Shown here: in pieces, positions 1 through 9,321 of the stretch
Position numbering within the stretch: position 1 is the stretch's first letter
Layout: every line of letters starts with the position of its first letter
Assembly: GCA_965209055.1 (NCBI GenBank)
Contig: OZ242374.1
Coordinates: forward strand, 3,968,001 to 4,032,000
Direction of reading: 5' to 3'
DNA from: Acidobacteriota bacterium
GTDB taxonomy: Bacteria; Acidobacteriota; UBA6911; RPQK01; JAJDTT01
Length of the DNA stretch: 64,000 nt
The notes under the pieces: generated by a model
The model's database searches: none
What the model saw: the letters and a program-made list of their open reading frames with translations, nothing else
What the model was told of the DNA's origin: nothing
Program-made: the position numbers and the translations under genes

Positions 1-733
1 GGAATCCGGCCAGTTCTTCGCAGGTTCTGACCATCCGGGAGGTGGAAGTCTCCCCCGAGAATACCCGGTCGCCGTCGCGGAATATTTCGCAGCTTACGGC
101 CAGGTTGTGGGGATCGGCAACGGACCCGGCGCTCACGATGCAAGGGCCGATGGAGCAGCATCGGCGGTAGATCTTGGCTTGGGGGAGGTAGAGGGGGTTG
201 GCTCCCTCGATGGAACGGCTGCTCACGTCGTTGCCCGCCGTGAAGCCGGTGATTCGCCCGTCATGGAGGATGAAGGCCAACTCGGCTTCCGGCACGTCCC
301 AGCCGGAATCCCCGCGAACGCCGACCGCCTCTCCGGGGCCGACGCAACGGGCCGGGGTCGCCTTGAGAAAAATCTCGGGTCGTTCGGCCCGGTAGACCTT
401 GGCGTAGGGATCGGGGGTTTCGCTTTCCCGCTCCCGCTCGTCCCGGCTCTTGCGATAGGTGACGCCGGCCGCCCAGACTTCGGGTGGAACCAGTGGACGG
501 CCGAGTTGCAGACCCTGGCCCATCAGCTCCTCGGACGAAACCCGCCGGTCGCCGTTCCGCAGCAGGTTCCCCACCAGGCCGTCCACGCTTTGGCCCATGA
601 GACGGGCCCAGCGGACCAGATCGGTGAAGCCTTCAACGGGAGCATCGCGGGTCAGATCGAACAGTCCGCCTGTTCCGTCTTCCACGATGAGATGGACATC
701 GCCCTGGGCGTTCCGGTAGCGGAAATACTTCAT
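1..733 (-). CDS. Fumarylacetoacetate hydrolase family protein (2-keto-3-deoxy-pentonate dehydratase-like), runs off window start
   Basis: Not in ORF track. Manual translation from ATG 733: MKYFRYRNAQGDVH...PEVWAAGVTYRKSR...RPEIFLK...VPEAELA...GNDVSSRSIEGANPLYLPQAK, typical FAH/KdaD-XylX motifs. Confidence 0.85.
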   Translation of the reverse strand, partial: MKYFRYRNAQGDVHLIVEDGTGGLFDLTRDAPVEGFTDLVRWARLMGQSVDGLVGNLLRNGDRRVSSEELMGQGLQLGRPLVPPEVWAAGVTYRKSRDERERESETPDPYAKVYRAERPEIFLKATPARCVGPGEAVGVRGDSGWDVPEAELAFILHDGRITGFTAGNDVSSRSIEGANPLYLPQAKIYRRCCSIGPCIVSAGSVADPHNLAVSCEIFRDGDRVFSGETSTSRMVRTCEELAGF

Positions 734-897
734 GGAGTCCTCCAGCAGTTTGTCGAGGGTCTAATCTCACACGTTGCCGGACCGGTTCGCAACTGGACTT
801 TTCGCGGGTACTTGTTGGACCATACCGGCGGTGCCGGGATCCGGCGTGCGGGCCGGCCGGCCATTGATGAGGCGGGTCCGTCCCCGGGGGAATCGAG

Positions 898-2397
898 ATG
901 AGCGCATCGCAGGAATGGTTTGACGAGCAGAGCAGGGAACTGGTCCATCTGGAGAGCGTTCTGGAGGTGCTCGGCTGGGACCAGAATACCACCATGCCTT
1001 CGAGTGGAGCCGGTGCCCGGGCCCAACAGAGTGCCTCCCTGGCGGCCCTCTATCACCAGAGGCTCACTCGGCCCCGTTGGGCAGAGGTTTTGGACGAGCT
1101 CGAGTCCAGAGAGCAGGACGAGTGGACAGGAGCGGCCGTCCGGGAGATGAGGCGGAGATACGACCGGGCGACGCGCATCCCCGAGGCTCTGGTCCGGGAT
1201 TTGGCGGAAACGACGTCGCTGGGATACGAGGCCTGGGTCGCGGCCCGGAAGGACTCCGATTTCGAGGGATTTCGGCCCTGGCTGGAGCGAATTCTGCGTC
1301 TCAAGCGTCAGGAGGCCGCCTGTCTGGCGACCGGTGACTGTCTCTATGACGCTCTACTGGACGACTACGAACCGGGGATGACCGTCAGTGAGCTGGACCC
1401 TGTTTTCTCCCGCCTGCGGCCGGAGTTGACACGGTTGCTGGGCAGAATCCAGGAGTCGACCCGACAGCCACCGGCCGGGATGTTGAAGGGACACTATCCC
1501 AGAGCCGCTCAGGAGGCGTTCGGACGCAGTGTCCTGACCGCCATTGGGTTCGACTGGAAGGCAGGCCGGCTGGATGTGTCTCCTCATCCATTCTGCTGCG
1601 GATTCTCTCCTCAGGATGTACGCATCACGACCCGATACGGGGAAGACTCCTTTGTCTCCTCCTTTTTCGGCATCGTTCACGAGGGCGGCCATGCCCTCTA
1701 CGAACAGGGACTGGGTGGAGAGCGGTATGGTTCTCCCGCCTGCCAATCCATCTCTCTGGGCATACACGAGTCCCAGTCCCGGCTCTGGGAAAACCAGGTG
1801 GCTCGAAGCCTTCCTTTTTGGGAGTACTGGTACCCGAAACTTCGCAATGTCTTTCCCGGGCAGTTGGACACGGTCCCGCTGGATTCTTTCCTGAGAGGAG
1901 TCAATCAAGTCGAGGCCAGCCTGATCCGCGTCGAAGCCGACGAGGTCACGTACGGGTTGCACATCATTTTGCGTTACGAGTTGGAAAAGGCCCTTCTGGA
2001 CCAGGATCTTCCGGTTTCGGACCTGGAGGGGATCTGGGTCGAACGCATGCGGGAGTACCTGGGAATCGTACCCGGCAACGCCGCCGACGGGGTGCTCCAG
2101 GACACCCACTGGTCCTGCGGGCTCGTCGGCTACTTCCCCACTTACCTTTTGGGAAACCTGTATGCGGCGCAGATCTACGCCCGGGCGCGCCAGTTGTTCC
2201 CCGACCTGGACTCACAATTTTCTGCCGGCCGGTACCTTGCCCTGAGGGAATGGCTGCGGGAGCGGATCCACCGGAAGGGGAGAACCCGAACCGCCGGGGA
2301 GTTGATTCTGGAGATCAGCGGAGAACCCTTGGATTCTCGTTTCCTGCTGAACTATCTGGAGGGGAAGTTTTCCCGGCTGTACCAACTCGACGGCTGA
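898..2397 (+). CDS. Carboxypeptidase M32 (Taq family)
   Basis: HEGGH zinc motif, HPF, HESQSRLWEN, IRVEADEVTY, QDTHW, GYFPTY. Confidence 0.95.
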   Translation: MSASQEWFDEQSRELVHLESVLEVLGWDQNTTMPSSGAGARAQQSASLAALYHQRLTRPRWAEVLDELESREQDEWTGAAVREMRRRYDRATRIPEALVRDLAETTSLGYEAWVAARKDSDFEGFRPWLERILRLKRQEAACLATGDCLYDALLDDYEPGMTVSELDPVFSRLRPELTRLLGRIQESTRQPPAGMLKGHYPRAAQEAFGRSVLTAIGFDWKAGRLDVSPHPFCCGFSPQDVRITTRYGEDSFVSSFFGIVHEGGHALYEQGLGGERYGSPACQSISLGIHESQSRLWENQVARSLPFWEYWYPKLRNVFPGQLDTVPLDSFLRGVNQVEASLIRVEADEVTYGLHIILRYELEKALLDQDLPVSDLEGIWVERMREYLGIVPGNAADGVLQDTHWSCGLVGYFPTYLLGNLYAAQIYARARQLFPDLDSQFSAGRYLALREWLRERIHRKGRTRTAGELILEISGEPLDSRFLLNYLEGKFSRLYQLDG

Positions 2398-2416
2398 TCC
2401 CCGAGGAAGGAAGCCC

Positions 2417-3844
2417 ATGGACAAGGAGGAACTCAGGCGGCAATTGGAGGCCATCGTGGGAGAGGACAAGGTCCAGTCCCACCCCTCCGAACTCGTGGTC
2501 TATGAGTGCGACGCGCTGATCTTTCACCGGCGCCCGCCCGATTTCGTGGTCTATCCGTCGACCGCCCGGCAGATCCAGGAGATCGTTCGGCTCGCCTATG
2601 CCAACGACGTTCCCTACCTTCCACGGGGCGCCGGAACCAGTCTCAGCGGCGGCGCTGTTCCCATCAGCGGCGGCATTCTGATCCAGCTCTCCCATCTGAA
2701 CCGGATCCTCGAGGTCAACGCCCGGGAGCGTTATGCCGTGGTGGAACCGGGCGTGATCAATCTGGAACTCTCGGAACAGGTCAAGCCGCAGGGTCTCTAC
2801 TTCGCGCCCGACCCGTCCAGCCAGAGCACCTGCACTGTCGGCGGAAACATCGGCGCCAATGCCGGAGGGCCGCACTGCCTCAAATATGGCACGACGGTTC
2901 TGCATGTCCTGGCCGCCGAGGTGGTGACCCCCGAGGGAGACCTGGTGCAGTTGGGGAGTCCTCAAGGCGAGAATGCCGGCTTCGACTTGACGGGACTGTT
3001 CACCGGAAGCGAAGGGACCCTGGGGATTCTGACCAAGGCCTGGGTCCGGCTGCTGCCACTCCCGGAGCAGGTCAAGACGTTCCTGGCCGATTTTACCAGC
3101 ATGGCGGACGCCACCCGGGCGGTGAGCGGCATCATCGCCCGGGGCATCATCCCGGCTGCCATGGAGATCATCGATCAGTTGACGATCCAGGCCGTGGAAG
3201 ACTCACACTATGCCGCCGGGTACCCCACCGATGCGGCGGCCGTGCTGTTGGTGGAACTGGACGGGTTGGGGTGCGAGATCGAGGACACCGAGGGTCTCAT
3301 CGACCGGATCCTCAGGAACAATGGTGCTCGAGAGGTTCTGGTGGCTCGCGACGAGGCGCAGCGGGCCAAGCTCTGGGCTGGCCGGAAGAAAGCCTACGGC
3401 GCCTTTGGGCGGCTGGCCAGGAACTTCTATCTCCAGGACACGGTGGTTCCCCGGACCCGCCTGACCGAAGTGTTGGAGAAGATTTACGCCATCGCCGACA
3501 AATACGACTTTTCGGTGATCAACGTCTTCCATGCCGGCGACGGAAACCTGCATCCCATGCTTCCGTACGACGCCAGCGATCCCCAGGACGTGGACCGGGT
3601 CCTGAAGGCCGCCGAGGAGATGGTCCGGGCTTCCATCGAAGCCGGAGGATCGCTCAGCGGGGAACACGGGGTGGGCCTGGAGAAGAGAGACCTCATGCCC
3701 TACCTGTTCACGGATGACGACTTGGAGGTCATGCGCGGCATCCGGCAGCTCTTCGACCCCAAGCAGCTCTGCAATCCCGAAAAGATCCTGCCGACGACCA
3801 AGGTCTGCATGGAGTTCCGGGAAAAGGGCGCCTTCATGCTCTAG
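2417..3844 (+). CDS. glcD: FAD-linked oxidase, glycolate oxidase subunit GlcD-like
   Basis: PRGAGTSLSGG, PDPSS, NAGGPHCLKYG, GSEGTLG, HAGDGNLH, GEHGVG; RBS AAGGAAG; no glcE/glcF adjacent. Confidence 0.85.
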   Translation: MDKEELRRQLEAIVGEDKVQSHPSELVVYECDALIFHRRPPDFVVYPSTARQIQEIVRLAYANDVPYLPRGAGTSLSGGAVPISGGILIQLSHLNRILEVNARERYAVVEPGVINLELSEQVKPQGLYFAPDPSSQSTCTVGGNIGANAGGPHCLKYGTTVLHVLAAEVVTPEGDLVQLGSPQGENAGFDLTGLFTGSEGTLGILTKAWVRLLPLPEQVKTFLADFTSMADATRAVSGIIARGIIPAAMEIIDQLTIQAVEDSHYAAGYPTDAAAVLLVELDGLGCEIEDTEGLIDRILRNNGAREVLVARDEAQRAKLWAGRKKAYGAFGRLARNFYLQDTVVPRTRLTEVLEKIYAIADKYDFSVINVFHAGDGNLHPMLPYDASDPQDVDRVLKAAEEMVRASIEAGGSLSGEHGVGLEKRDLMPYLFTDDDLEVMRGIRQLFDPKQLCNPEKILPTTKVCMEFREKGAFML

Positions 3845-3866
3845 GCCGCATTTCTACCAGGTCGCT

Positions 3867-5156
3867 ATGCGTTTGACGAAAGTGAGCCACTTTTTGAACA
3901 GATACGCGAGTTTTGACGGCCGGCTGCTTTCGATCCTGCTGGGAGTCTGGATCCTGGGCGCCTGCAGCGAATCGGCGCCGGCTCCGTCCCCGCCTTCCCG
4001 TCCGACGTTGCGTCTGGGCAGCGACCGGCTCTTCGAGGAACCGTATCTGGGCTGGATCCAAGGGAAATCGGTAGGGCTGATCGCCAACCACACGGCGCTG
4101 AACTCCAGGCTGGAAGCGGTTGCCGGCGTGCTCGCAAGCCGCCCCGGGATCAAGGTGAAGGCCATATTCTCTCCCGAACACGGTTTTTCAGGTGATGTCC
4201 AGGCCGGCGTGCTCGTGCCCCATCAGTCCCGGGTCTACAGCCTCTATGGAGCGCACCGTTCGCCGACGGCGGAAATGCTCCGTGGCGTCGATCTGCTGAT
4301 CTACGACATCCAGGACGTGGGAGTTCGTTTCTACACGTACATCTCCACACTCTACGAGTGCATGAAGGCGGCGGCCCGTGAGGGGATCCCCCTGGTCGTC
4401 CTGGACCGCCCCAATCCCATCGATGGCGACCGGGTCGAGGGACCGCTTCTGGATACGAGTCTCGTCTCATTTGTGGGCGTTCATCCCCTCCCCATCCGGT
4501 ATGGAATGACGGTGGGAGAACTGGCCCGCCTCTTCAATCACGAAGGGGAACTGGAATGCGATCTGAGGGTGGTCCCCATGCAGGGCTGGCACCGTTCCCG
4601 ATGGTTTGACGAGACCGGTCTGGTCTGGGTTCCTCCGTCTCCCAACATGCCCACCCTGACCACGGCGACTCTCTACCCCGGATTCTGCCTGGTGGAAGGA
4701 ACGAATCTTTCCGAAGGCAGAGGAACGACTCGTCCGTTCCAACTGGTGGGCGCCCCCTGGCTCGACGCCCCGCGTCTGGCGGAATCACTCAATGCCCTCG
4801 GGCTGGCGGGAGCCTATTTCCGGGTCCAATCCTTCACCCCGACCTTCTCCAAATTCAAGGGCCAGATCTGCCGGGGCGTCCAGATCCACATCGTGGACCG
4901 GGACCGTTTCGATCCCATCTCCTGCGTCCTGCACTTTCTCCGGCAGACGCTCGATCTGCACCCCGGGGAGTTGGAGTTCCAGGATCAAATGTTCGATCGG
5001 CTGGCGGGGCAACCCGGTCTCAGAACCGGTCTCCTGCAGGGGGTCCCGGTGGAACAGGCTGTGTCTTCGTGGCGGTCCGGATTGGAGTCATTCCGGGAAC
5101 GGAGAGCCCGGCATCTCTTATATCCGCAGGATGACGGGATTTGGAAAGAGAGATGA
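3867..5156 (+). CDS. namZ: Exo-beta-N-acetylmuramidase NamZ family (DUF1343) lipoprotein
   Basis: LGAC lipobox; FSPEHG, DIQDVGVRFYTY, VLDRPNP, PSPNMP, EGTNLSEGRGT; start moved to ATG 3867. Confidence 0.9.
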   Translation: MRLTKVSHFLNRYASFDGRLLSILLGVWILGACSESAPAPSPPSRPTLRLGSDRLFEEPYLGWIQGKSVGLIANHTALNSRLEAVAGVLASRPGIKVKAIFSPEHGFSGDVQAGVLVPHQSRVYSLYGAHRSPTAEMLRGVDLLIYDIQDVGVRFYTYISTLYECMKAAAREGIPLVVLDRPNPIDGDRVEGPLLDTSLVSFVGVHPLPIRYGMTVGELARLFNHEGELECDLRVVPMQGWHRSRWFDETGLVWVPPSPNMPTLTTATLYPGFCLVEGTNLSEGRGTTRPFQLVGAPWLDAPRLAESLNALGLAGAYFRVQSFTPTFSKFKGQICRGVQIHIVDRDRFDPISCVLHFLRQTLDLHPGELEFQDQMFDRLAGQPGLRTGLLQGVPVEQAVSSWRSGLESFRERRARHLLYPQDDGIWKER

Positions 5157-5208
5157 GGAGAGAACGGATTTGGCGGTTCCAGTGGACCATGTCGAAAAGG
5201 AGCTTCAC
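5020..5208 (-). pseudogene. Possible remnant of DUF5615 PIN-like toxin
   Basis: GTGA overlap with DUF433 stop; starts MKLLFD like DUF5615 proteins, then loses resemblance and overlaps namZ antisense. Confidence 0.4.
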
Positions 5209-5432
5209 CGGGGCGGGATCGGAATGAGCCTGCGCTCACGCTCCGCGGCGAACGCCAGCACTGCTAGGATGTCTTCCTGTTCCAATGCCGGGAAATCCGC
5301 CAGGATTTCCGACTGTGTCATGCCGGAGGCCAAATACTCAAGAATATCGTACACCGTAATCCTGAGTCCGCGAATGCACGGCTTCCCGCTCCGCTTGTCC
5401 GGCTCCAGAGTGATGCGATCCAAATGGTTCAT
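5205..5432 (-). CDS. DUF433 domain protein (antitoxin-like)
   Basis: RITLEPDKRSGKPCIRGLRITVYDILEYLASGMT..EILADFP.LE.EDI.A.LAFAA. Confidence 0.92.
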   Translation of the reverse strand: MNHLDRITLEPDKRSGKPCIRGLRITVYDILEYLASGMTQSEILADFPALEQEDILAVLAFAAERERRLIPIPPR

Positions 5433-5552
5433 GCCTCAGAGTAGCCTAAGGCCGGATCAAGGGTCAAAAGGCCCCAAAGAGCGACAACAAATTTCAGACT
5501 TGGTTGAGTCCACTTCGACTCTCCATCCAGTGCGGTCACAGGGGACTGCGCA

Positions 5553-6986
5553 TCAGGGATTCCCCGGTGACTGGGAGGACGGTGGAGTCTGCGGGTCCGG
5601 AATGGACTCGTATTCCTTGAGAAGTTCGTTGAAGTCCTTCCGGTAGCGGATCACGTCCAGGTCCGAAGTCACCTGCTTCAGAATCCGGCGCACCAAGGGG
5701 ACGTAGGTTTCCGGTTCCATGCGGATGGCTGCCGTCAGATGAACCATGGCCTCTTCCGGCTGCGATTGCACGGCGAAGAATTGGGTCAGCCGGAAACGTC
5801 CCTGCGGCCGGTCGACGCCACAACGGATCGCCTCCAGAAAATGTCGTTGAGACCCGTCGTGTTCCTTGCGCTGATCCAACAGCACGGCCAGACTGTAGTG
5901 AGCCCGGCCCTCCTGGGGACTGACCTTGATCGCCCGTTTCAGGAATTCCTCGGCCTTGTCCTTCATTCCCAGGCTCACCTGCATTGCGGCCATGTTGTAG
6001 AGAGTGCTGAAGTTCTCGTGGCCCAGGTCCAAGGCTTGCCCGTACGCTTCGACGGCTTCCTGGTGCTTTTTCTGGAAGCTCAGGACATCGCCCAGATTGG
6101 CCCACAGTTGATCGTTGTCCGGAGCCTCTGCCAGAGCCAGGCGCAAGTATCTCTCGGCGTCGGCATATCGCTTTTCCCGTCTCGCGATGAGCCCCAGGTT
6201 GCCCAGGTTCCACGCGTCGCCCTCGCCGGCCCGGGAAAGTCGCTTCTTCGCCTCGTCTGGATTGCCCAGCTCAAGATAAAGACCGCCCAGTTCCCGCAGA
6301 ACCGCTGGATCATCGGGTTTCAGCCGTTCCGCCTTCAACATTTCCTGTAGTGCTTCTTTTTTCCGTCCGGCCTCCACATGGAGCAATCCCAGGCGAAACC
6401 GGGCCTGGAAATCCTCCGGATGAGCTTTGAGAAAGGCTTCGTAGTGGGCTTGAGCTTTCTTGTCTTGACCCAGCCGCTGATACGCCTGCGCCAGATTGAT
6501 GTGGGGCTGGGACGTGGAGGGGTTCAACTTCAGGACTTGTTCGAAAGCGTCGATGGAGTCCTGATCCCGCCCCTGTTGGAAATGAATGACGCCCAATAGA
6601 TGCCAGGAGATGGGGTCCTGAGGATTGATCTGCAGCGCTCTGCCCAGATCCTCCCGCGCCGGCTGTATCTGTCCTTCTCCGAACCGGATCTGAGCCCGCA
6701 TCTGGAGCCCCCGGGCGTCCTCGGGCTCCAGCTCGATGAGGGCGTCGAGGTGCTCGACCGCCTGATCCAATTTCTTCTGCTGGAGGTAGATCACTGCCAG
6801 GTTGTAACGGGCGGAGGCGAAGGCGGGAGAAATATGGACCGCCCGCTCGAAGAACTCGGCCTGCCGGTCGGAAAACTGGTCGGGGGTCCCGATCAGTTCC
6901 TCCCCTTTTCGGAACCACTCCACCGCGCGCCGGTCGATCTGGGCGCCTGCTTGGAACAACAGCCAGAAGGCAAGAAGGAGGCTCAT
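5553..6986 (-). CDS. Exported tetratricopeptide repeat protein
   Basis: Signal peptide MSLLLAFWLLFQAGAQ; many TPR units; C-terminal DLDVIRY..DF cap. Confidence 0.88.
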   Translation of the reverse strand: MSLLLAFWLLFQAGAQIDRRAVEWFRKGEELIGTPDQFSDRQAEFFERAVHISPAFASARYNLAVIYLQQKKLDQAVEHLDALIELEPEDARGLQMRAQIRFGEGQIQPAREDLGRALQINPQDPISWHLLGVIHFQQGRDQDSIDAFEQVLKLNPSTSQPHINLAQAYQRLGQDKKAQAHYEAFLKAHPEDFQARFRLGLLHVEAGRKKEALQEMLKAERLKPDDPAVLRELGGLYLELGNPDEAKKRLSRAGEGDAWNLGNLGLIARREKRYADAERYLRLALAEAPDNDQLWANLGDVLSFQKKHQEAVEAYGQALDLGHENFSTLYNMAAMQVSLGMKDKAEEFLKRAIKVSPQEGRAHYSLAVLLDQRKEHDGSQRHFLEAIRCGVDRPQGRFRLTQFFAVQSQPEEAMVHLTAAIRMEPETYVPLVRRILKQVTSDLDVIRYRKDFNELLKEYESIPDPQTPPSSQSPGNP

Positions 6987-7002
6987 GATGGGTCCGTCCG
7001 AA

Positions 7003-7956
7003 TCAGGAGAGAAATTTCTCCCTGGGTTGCGCGAAGTCGTCGAAACGAGTCATTCGCTGAAGTTCATGGTAACGGATCTCGATTTCGGGGAGCGTCACCG
7101 CTTTGAGATGGTCCAGGGAGAAGCCCTCGACGGTGAAGCTGGCCATGACCGAGCCGAAGATGACGGCTTGCCGGAGGGCGCGGCGGTCAGACCGGCCGGT
7201 TCCGGCCAGATAGCCCATGAATCCGCCGGCGAAGGTGTCGCCGGCGCCGGTGGGATCCAGCACGTCTGCCAGGGGATAGGCGGGAGCGCCGAAGATGTCC
7301 AAGCCGCCTCCCTTCTCCCGGCGGAACATGAGCGCCCCGTACTCACCCCGCTTCACCACCAGGACGCGGGGACCCCAGTCCAGAATCTTCTCGGCTGCCC
7401 GGATCAGGTTCGATTCCCGGGAGAGCTGCCGCGCCTCGCCATCGTTGATGAGGAGGAGTCCCACCCCCTTGAGGGTCTCCAGCAGAGAGGTGAAGTGCTC
7501 CTCGATCCAGTAATTCATGGTGTCGCAGGCAACAAGTTTGGGCTTGCCGACCTGTCGCAGCACTTCTCGTTGCAGATCCGGATCGAAATTGCCCAGAAAG
7601 AGGTATTCGCTGCTGCGGTAATGCTTGGGGAGGTTGGGCCGGAAGTCGGCCAGGACGTTCAGTTGAGTGTCCAGGGTTTGGGCGTCGTTGAGGTCATATC
7701 CATAGTGCCCGGACCAACGGAAGGTCAGGCCCGGCAGGAAGTCGAGTCCGGCCAAATCGATGTTTCTGGATTCCAGAAGCGAGACATCCCTCTTTCTGAA
7801 ATCACTTCCCACGGCCCCGACGATCTGGACTTCCGTGAAATAGGCAGCCGCAATGCTGGCAAAAGTTGCAGCGCCTCCCAGTGCCTCCTCCACCTTGCCG
7901 AAGGGGGTTTCCACGGAATCGTAGGCGACCGAACCGACGACCACGAGGGATGCCAT
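7003..7956 (-). CDS. PfkB family carbohydrate/nucleoside kinase
   Basis: VVGSVAYD..GGAA N-terminus; DPTGAGDTFAGG signature; downstream of mtnP. Confidence 0.92.
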   Translation of the reverse strand: MASLVVVGSVAYDSVETPFGKVEEALGGAATFASIAAAYFTEVQIVGAVGSDFRKRDVSLLESRNIDLAGLDFLPGLTFRWSGHYGYDLNDAQTLDTQLNVLADFRPNLPKHYRSSEYLFLGNFDPDLQREVLRQVGKPKLVACDTMNYWIEEHFTSLLETLKGVGLLLINDGEARQLSRESNLIRAAEKILDWGPRVLVVKRGEYGALMFRREKGGGLDIFGAPAYPLADVLDPTGAGDTFAGGFMGYLAGTGRSDRRALRQAVIFGSVMASFTVEGFSLDHLKAVTLPEIEIRYHELQRMTRFDDFAQPREKFLS

Positions 7957-7998
7957 CCTGTCTCCTTTTCGAATCCTTCCTCTATCCGGCGATCGCCA

Positions 7999-8859
7999 TC
8001 AGCCCAGGTACTTTCCCACGATGGGCTCCAGACGCCGGCGCACCTCCGCGGGTATGGAATCCGGATCGGTGATGATGGCGTTTTGGAGGGCGTGGTGGCA
8101 GGGACAATCGAAATCGCGGGGTATCCGGGTGACTGTCCGGGCAATCAGGCGCTTCGCGTTTTGGCTGTTCTTGTTCAGGTAATCGATGAGCATTTCCACC
8201 GTAACCGGCTCTTCTTCTTCGTGCCAACAGTCATAGTCCGTCACCATGGCCACGGTGACGTAGCAGATCTCGGCCTCCCGGGCCAGCTTGGCTTCCTGGA
8301 AGTTGGTCATACCGATCAGGTCCATCCCCCAACTCCGGTACAGGCAGGATTCGGCGCGGGTGGAGAAGGCCGGGCCCTCCATGCAGACGTAAGTTCCACC
8401 CCGCTTGATGGGTAGATCGATCTCGCCCGCCGCCTGCTGCACGACATCCATCAGGTTGCCGCAGATCGGATCGGCCAGGCTCACGTGAGCCACGATCCCT
8501 TCCCCGAAGAAGGTGGAGACTCGACTGAACGTGCGGTCTACGAATTGATCGGGGAGGACGAAGTCCATCGGTGCATGCTCGATCTTGAGCGAACCGACCG
8601 CGCTGGCGGAAATGATCTGCTTCACGCCAAGTCGCTTGAAACCGTAGATATTGGCCCGAAAGTTCAATTCGGAGGGCAGCAGCCGGTGTCCTCTGCCATG
8701 CCGGGCCAGGAACGCCACCGGCTTGCCCTCAAGTTTCCCCAGCAGATAGGAATCGCTGGGATCCCCAAACGGCGTGGGCACGCGCAACATGCGGCTGTTC
8801 TCGAGCGGCATGTCGTAGAGTCCGCTGCCGCCAATGATTCCGACTCTCGCTTCGTCCAT
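7999..8859 (-). CDS. mtnP: S-methyl-5'-thioadenosine phosphorylase
   Basis: [43 protein letters not shown]; start at ATG 8859. Confidence 0.93.
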   Translation of the reverse strand: MDEARVGIIGGSGLYDMPLENSRMLRVPTPFGDPSDSYLLGKLEGKPVAFLARHGRGHRLLPSELNFRANIYGFKRLGVKQIISASAVGSLKIEHAPMDFVLPDQFVDRTFSRVSTFFGEGIVAHVSLADPICGNLMDVVQQAAGEIDLPIKRGGTYVCMEGPAFSTRAESCLYRSWGMDLIGMTNFQEAKLAREAEICYVTVAMVTDYDCWHEEEEPVTVEMLIDYLNKNSQNAKRLIARTVTRIPRDFDCPCHHALQNAIITDPDSIPAEVRRRLEPIVGKYLG

Positions 8860-9149
8860 ATCTGGTTCCCAATAATATCTTGGATTTCCTGCCTTTATCC
8901 AAAAAACATCTTCCACACCGAGTTTTTCTGGCGAAAGAGACCAGTACGGGAAATTTTCTGCACACTCACAAAAACCAGTTCCGACAAATCTCAATCTTCG
9001 AGGGCCGGCTGCATCCTGGTGAACGCGCAGCGTATCGGCAACGGATGCGGGAGGAGGAACCAGCAGCAGAGAGAGCTGGAGGAACGAATCGGAAAGCCTC
9101 GGCGGAATTTCGAACCGGATCACGAGCCCGACCCTTGGGAATTGGCCCT

Positions 9150-9272
9150 GGGCTGCGACTTCGAGACGCCGCGCTCTTCGCCACCATGTTGTACGGGCTG
9201 TTGCGATGCTCGGAAGCGTGCGGCCTCGACGTCTCCGGCTTTAGGAAGATGAACGACCCCGAAGACAAATGA
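9150..9272 (+). pseudogene. Tyrosine recombinase fragment (box I-like)
   Basis: Reads [28 protein letters not shown], resembling integrase RD.A.....Y.TGLR.SE...L; stop follows at 9272, no HxxR/Y box. Confidence 0.55.
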
Positions 9273-9293
9273 GGTTGGCGTCAACCCCTGCTA

Positions 9294-9320
9294 TATAATT
9301 CCCCATGTCAAACAAGGAGA
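9294..9320 (+). promoter_or_regulatory. Putative -10 box (TATAAT) and RBS (AAGGAGA) for TonB receptor gene
   Basis: TATAAT at 9294-9299; AAGGAGA just before GTG 9322; no clear -35. Confidence 0.35.
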
Positions 9321-9321
9321 A

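Noticed and set aside
107-901. 264 aa plus-strand ORF
   Set aside because: The real gene is the minus-strand FAH-family CDS (1-733)
9275-9292. Sigma54-like TGGC...TGC upstream of the TonB receptor
   Set aside because: GG-GC spacing is 11 nt rather than the required 10
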